Source of the DNA: Macrostomum lignano
Lineage: Eukaryota
DNA length: 64,000 bases
Assembly (NCBI GenBank): GCA_002269645.1
Contig: NIVC01000001.1
Span: forward strand, 1,674,001 to 1,738,000
Direction: 5' to 3'
The notes under the pieces were generated by a model, which was given only the letters and a program-made list of their open reading frames with translations, did not search any database and had not been told where the DNA came from. Below, in pieces: positions 62,101 through 64,000 of this stretch. Every line of letters begins with the position of its first letter. Positions within the stretch are counted from its first letter, which is position 1. A program made the translations under genes and the position numbers.

Positions 62101-63387
62101 GGTGTCGATGCGATGCTGCAGGACTGCAGTTCGACCAGCATTGCCAGGGGATGCAAAAACGGTGCTGAACTCTAACAGCAAATCCTTGACCGACTGTTGC
62201 TCTTCGACGGAGATAGAGCTTTCGATGTGCACGTCGTTCAGCCAGTTGGTGCGAGGTAAGTCCGTCGCTAAAGCTGTTGTTGATGTAGCCGTGCTGACCG
62301 CGACCGTCGCCGCCGTGCTGCCAGCGGCCGTCGCCGCCGTGCTGCCAGCGGCCGTCGCCGCCGTGCTGCCAGCGGCCGTCGCCGCCGTGCTGCCAGCGGC
62401 CGTCGCCGCCGTGCTGCCAGCGGCCGTCGCCGCCGTGCTGCCAGCGGCCGTCGCCGCCGTGCTGCCAGTGGCCGTCGCCGCCGTGCTGCCAGCGGCCGTC
62501 GCCGCCGTGCTGCCAGCGGCCGTCGCCGCCGTGCTGCCAGTGGCCGTCGCCGCCGTGCTGCCAGTGGCCGTCGCCGCCGTGCTGCCAGCGGCCGTCGCCG
62601 CCGTGCTGCCAGCGGCACCCGATTGCTGAACGAATGGCTGACTTCCTAGCGGGGAAAAGATGCCAACAATGTCGCCGTCGCTGATGTTGACCGTGTGGTC
62701 GTCGACGTTGATGACTGCTAGGCCCATGCCTCTCTCGACCAGCTTGGCAACACAACGACCCACCAGGAGCCCCTGTGATCTTGTGCCGGTGACGACTCCT
62801 GGACACTCCGATCGCGTCCACGAGGCCGACTTTGCTGGTTTAACGGGGATTATCCAGCGCTCCCCTGGCTGCAGCTGCACGGAGGCCGCTGATACGAGCT
62901 TGCAGGTCTGTGCTGCCTCTTTACTTTTTCGAGCTGGAATCGACACGCCTAGGCTGTTGAAAGTGATGCAACCGGCTTGGAGATGGACCGAGACGTCGTG
63001 TTCACTGAGGAAGTCACAGCCCAGGATGACGGACGTCGGGTGAAGCTTCTCGAGTACGACGAAACGATGATGGACTTGTACGGTTCCCAGAGTCACTGCC
63101 AAAGTAGTCTCACCCAGCACAGACTGTAGGTTGCCATCCACGCCTCTTATGATGATGCTGCTGGGCTGCAGCCGCCGCCTAGCTTTCTTGCATATGTCAT
63201 CGCTGATGCAGGACACCTCTGCCCCGGTGTCGATCAGACAGTGGCGCCGTCGTCTAAGGATGCGGGCTGTGACGAAGCGCACCTGGCCAGGCTGGCAGCT
63301 GCTGAGGCGTGGTGTTGAGGCCGAATGCGTTAGTGCTGAGAGGGCCGGTGCTGGCCTCGTGAACCAGCCCCCTCGGCGTTTGGGCAA
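59152..63387 (-). CDS. pol: Gypsy Pol polyprotein, 1411 aa, uninterrupted
   Basis: PR LIDTGA. RT FCLDYRLLN, SGYWQ, MPFGL, FIDD. RNase H LDTDAS..ERNY. Integrase HxxGH..CxxC, D(DIV)-D(HSDRG)-E(VERFH), WTGPF. Confidence 0.97.
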   Translation of the reverse strand: MPKRRGGWFTRPAPALSALTHSASTPRLSSCQPGQVRFVTARILRRRRHCLIDTGAEVSCISDDICKKARRRLQPSSIIIRGVDGNLQSVLGETTLAVTLGTVQVHHRFVVLEKLHPTSVILGCDFLSEHDVSVHLQAGCITFNSLGVSIPARKSKEAAQTCKLVSAASVQLQPGERWIIPVKPAKSASWTRSECPGVVTGTRSQGLLVGRCVAKLVERGMGLAVINVDDHTVNISDGDIVGIFSPLGSQPFVQQSGAAGSTAATAAGSTAATATGSTAATATGSTAATAAGSTAATAAGSTAATATGSTAATAAGSTAATAAGSTAATAAGSTAATAAGSTAATAAGSTAATAAGSTAATVAVSTATSTTALATDLPRTNWLNDVHIESSISVEEQQSVKDLLLEFSTVFASPGNAGRTAVLQHRIDTGGARPIRQGLRRAARPVIDKQAELIDDMLTKGVIRPSSSPWASPIVLVRKKDGTARFCLDYRLLNEVTKPDAFPIPRIDDTLDALQGNAYFSALDLESGYWQVEVEERDKEKTAFICHQGLFEFNVMPFGLRNAPATFQRLMQLVLQGLTWQACLVFIDDVIVMGRTIEEHNYRLRAVFERLRDANLRLKPSKCHFANTTMIVLGHRVSKSGITVDESKTAAIRDWPTPRTSKEVKSFLGLAAYYRRFIRDYSKIAEPLRRLTVPTERFQWTSKAQEAFDQLKATLTSAPILAFPDTSATSSEFILDTDASDCAIGAVLSQLQAGEERVIAYSSRALTKAERNYCVTRRELLSVVEHVRKFRNYLLPRKFTVRVDHQSLTHLLTFKEPEGQLARWLQTLDEFDFRVLYRPGRQHNNADALSRQQQRCTNQCRVCRPTNETTSRTTSSVACQTDANSDAAAAAQINAATIKLVSTATDEAVQTDNVHVCVGTVPSRRKQIHQPRSDDSEESSSSEDDTNEDESAAPAADNRPPTLRMLQLQDPVISPVFRLLADGKTRFTDRQRDRVPPESLVLAQKVHDLCFVNGTLHRLVNTKPVPVIPRCRQREFVDEIHNVGHLGEVKTLASLKTRCYWPKMSESVRLAVRSCQVCQRAKTPVIKRAPLQSITAGFPMQRVGFDIVKVGASRNGNDRILSIVDYFSKWTELVPIPDEKATTIAKALFNNWISRWGAPHILHSDRGKSIDGRIIRSLCTLLEVDKTRTSGYHPQCDGLVERFHRTLHQMLRCHLQTVDPLDWEDALPYCLLAYRSSISATTGFSPHFLMTGREVVLPLDVVYRSPEPPSVVGQYAVETIQRLQDAFDAVRRSTGAAQRRQKRYYDLKAQKRKFRTGDLVWLFVPPAVLSRTNCLPPKHQSPWTGPFKVMRKTSPVNYLVRPINYTDGEIKGRVVHVNKLKRACLQRTQSAQRADQDASSDDEGQLVDAED

Positions 63388-64000
63388 TTGCGTCGGATGT
63401 GGCCCGGCTGACCGCAGCCGAAACAGTTGGAACTAGCCGATGATTGCTGTCGTTGCTGTCCTCGACCGCCAGATGAGGCAGGCTGCTGAGGCATTAGTGG
63501 TTTCGGTGGTGCTGGAGGTTGGCTCTGTGGTGGTCTCGGTTGCTGGGGCTGGATTTCGCCACGGCCAGCATCCATGTAGGCCCGGGTTTCTCGAAGCTGC
63601 TGGGCTATTCGTAGAACCTGCTCCACCGTGCTTGGTGGTGTTGGTTGATTCAGTAGTCGCTCGGTGACGTAGCCGTCATTGAGACCATGCATGAACTGCT
63701 CGCTAACTGTCTGTTGGACGTAAGCCTGAGCTCTTGGGTCCGGGTATGCCCTTGCAGCTAGCCGTTGAAGCTCCGTCAGGTACGTTTCGAAGCTCTCCTC
63801 TGGTCGACGCTGCCGAGCACGGAACTCGCGGCGAAGTAGCGCTGCACTCTTGGCCCCGCCGTGACGAGACCGGAGGTGTTCAACGAGGCCCTCATAGCGG
63901 ACACCAGGTAGCTGGTCCAGGGTTGTCCCCGGTGGCAGTCCGACGTAGGCACACTGGATCGCCAGCCAGGTGGTGTACGTTGCAAAGGCCGGTCCGAGGA
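63330..64000 (-). CDS. gag: Gypsy Gag, C-terminal part
   Basis: Frame is open from the window edge (..RQRRPEESFETYLTELQRLAARAYP..) through zinc knuckle CFGCGQPGHIRRNC to the stop at 63330. Overlaps pol in the -1 frame. Confidence 0.93.
   Translation of the reverse strand, partial: LGPAFATYTTWLAIQCAYVGLPPGTTLDQLPGVRYEGLVEHLRSRHGGAKSAALLRREFRARQRRPEESFETYLTELQRLAARAYPDPRAQAYVQQTVSEQFMHGLNDGYVTERLLNQPTPPSTVEQVLRIAQQLRETRAYMDAGRGEIQPQQPRPPQSQPPAPPKPLMPQQPASSGGRGQQRQQSSASSNCFGCGQPGHIRRNCPNAEGAGSRGQHRPSQH

Larger units (their letters stand above)
58559..64000 (-). mobile_element. Ty3/Gypsy LTR retrotransposon; 5' part outside the window
   Basis: gag (CCHC), pol (PR-RT-RH-IN order), polypurine tract and candidate 3' LTR. 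Confidence 0.96.

Overview
Eukaryotic (invertebrate animal) genomic DNA: GC-rich exons with poly-Q/A/G tracts, GT-AG introns, and AT-rich, repeat-packed non-coding DNA. The style is consistent with a flatworm such as Macrostomum, but that is an inference. Host genes in order: 3' part of a TTLL10-like tubulin-tyrosine-ligase-family gene (+), RNF10 (-, start unresolved), a SPOP-like MATH-BTB gene (-), five co-oriented housekeeping genes (PSMF1/PI31, a TPR-less SGT1, HIBCH, mitochondrial uL22m, calumenin-like CREC protein; all +) and SEC62 (-). Mobile DNA: a near-intact, three-intron hAT-like transposase gene; P-element-like elements with CACAG termini and 8-bp TSDs, one nested in another TIR element; several 8-bp-TSD MITEs and foldback-like elements; a tRNA-derived SINE plus a second copy whose head has expanded into a satellite; and an apparently intact Ty3/Gypsy element (3' LTR, PPT, pol, partial gag) running off the right edge. 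Most longer introns and several post-poly(A) regions hold their own minisatellite. Best leads: a candidate trans-spliced operon; an HIBCH mitochondrial presequence with no genomic AUG, which a flatworm spliced-leader AUG could supply; the intron-containing transposase; a GTnnnnnC target preference shared by the P-like elements; a SINE A-box satellite; and a predicted -1 frameshift signal in the Gypsy. No CRISPR array, rRNA or bona fide tRNA is supported. All coordinates were read by eye; repeat boundaries and copy numbers are approximate.
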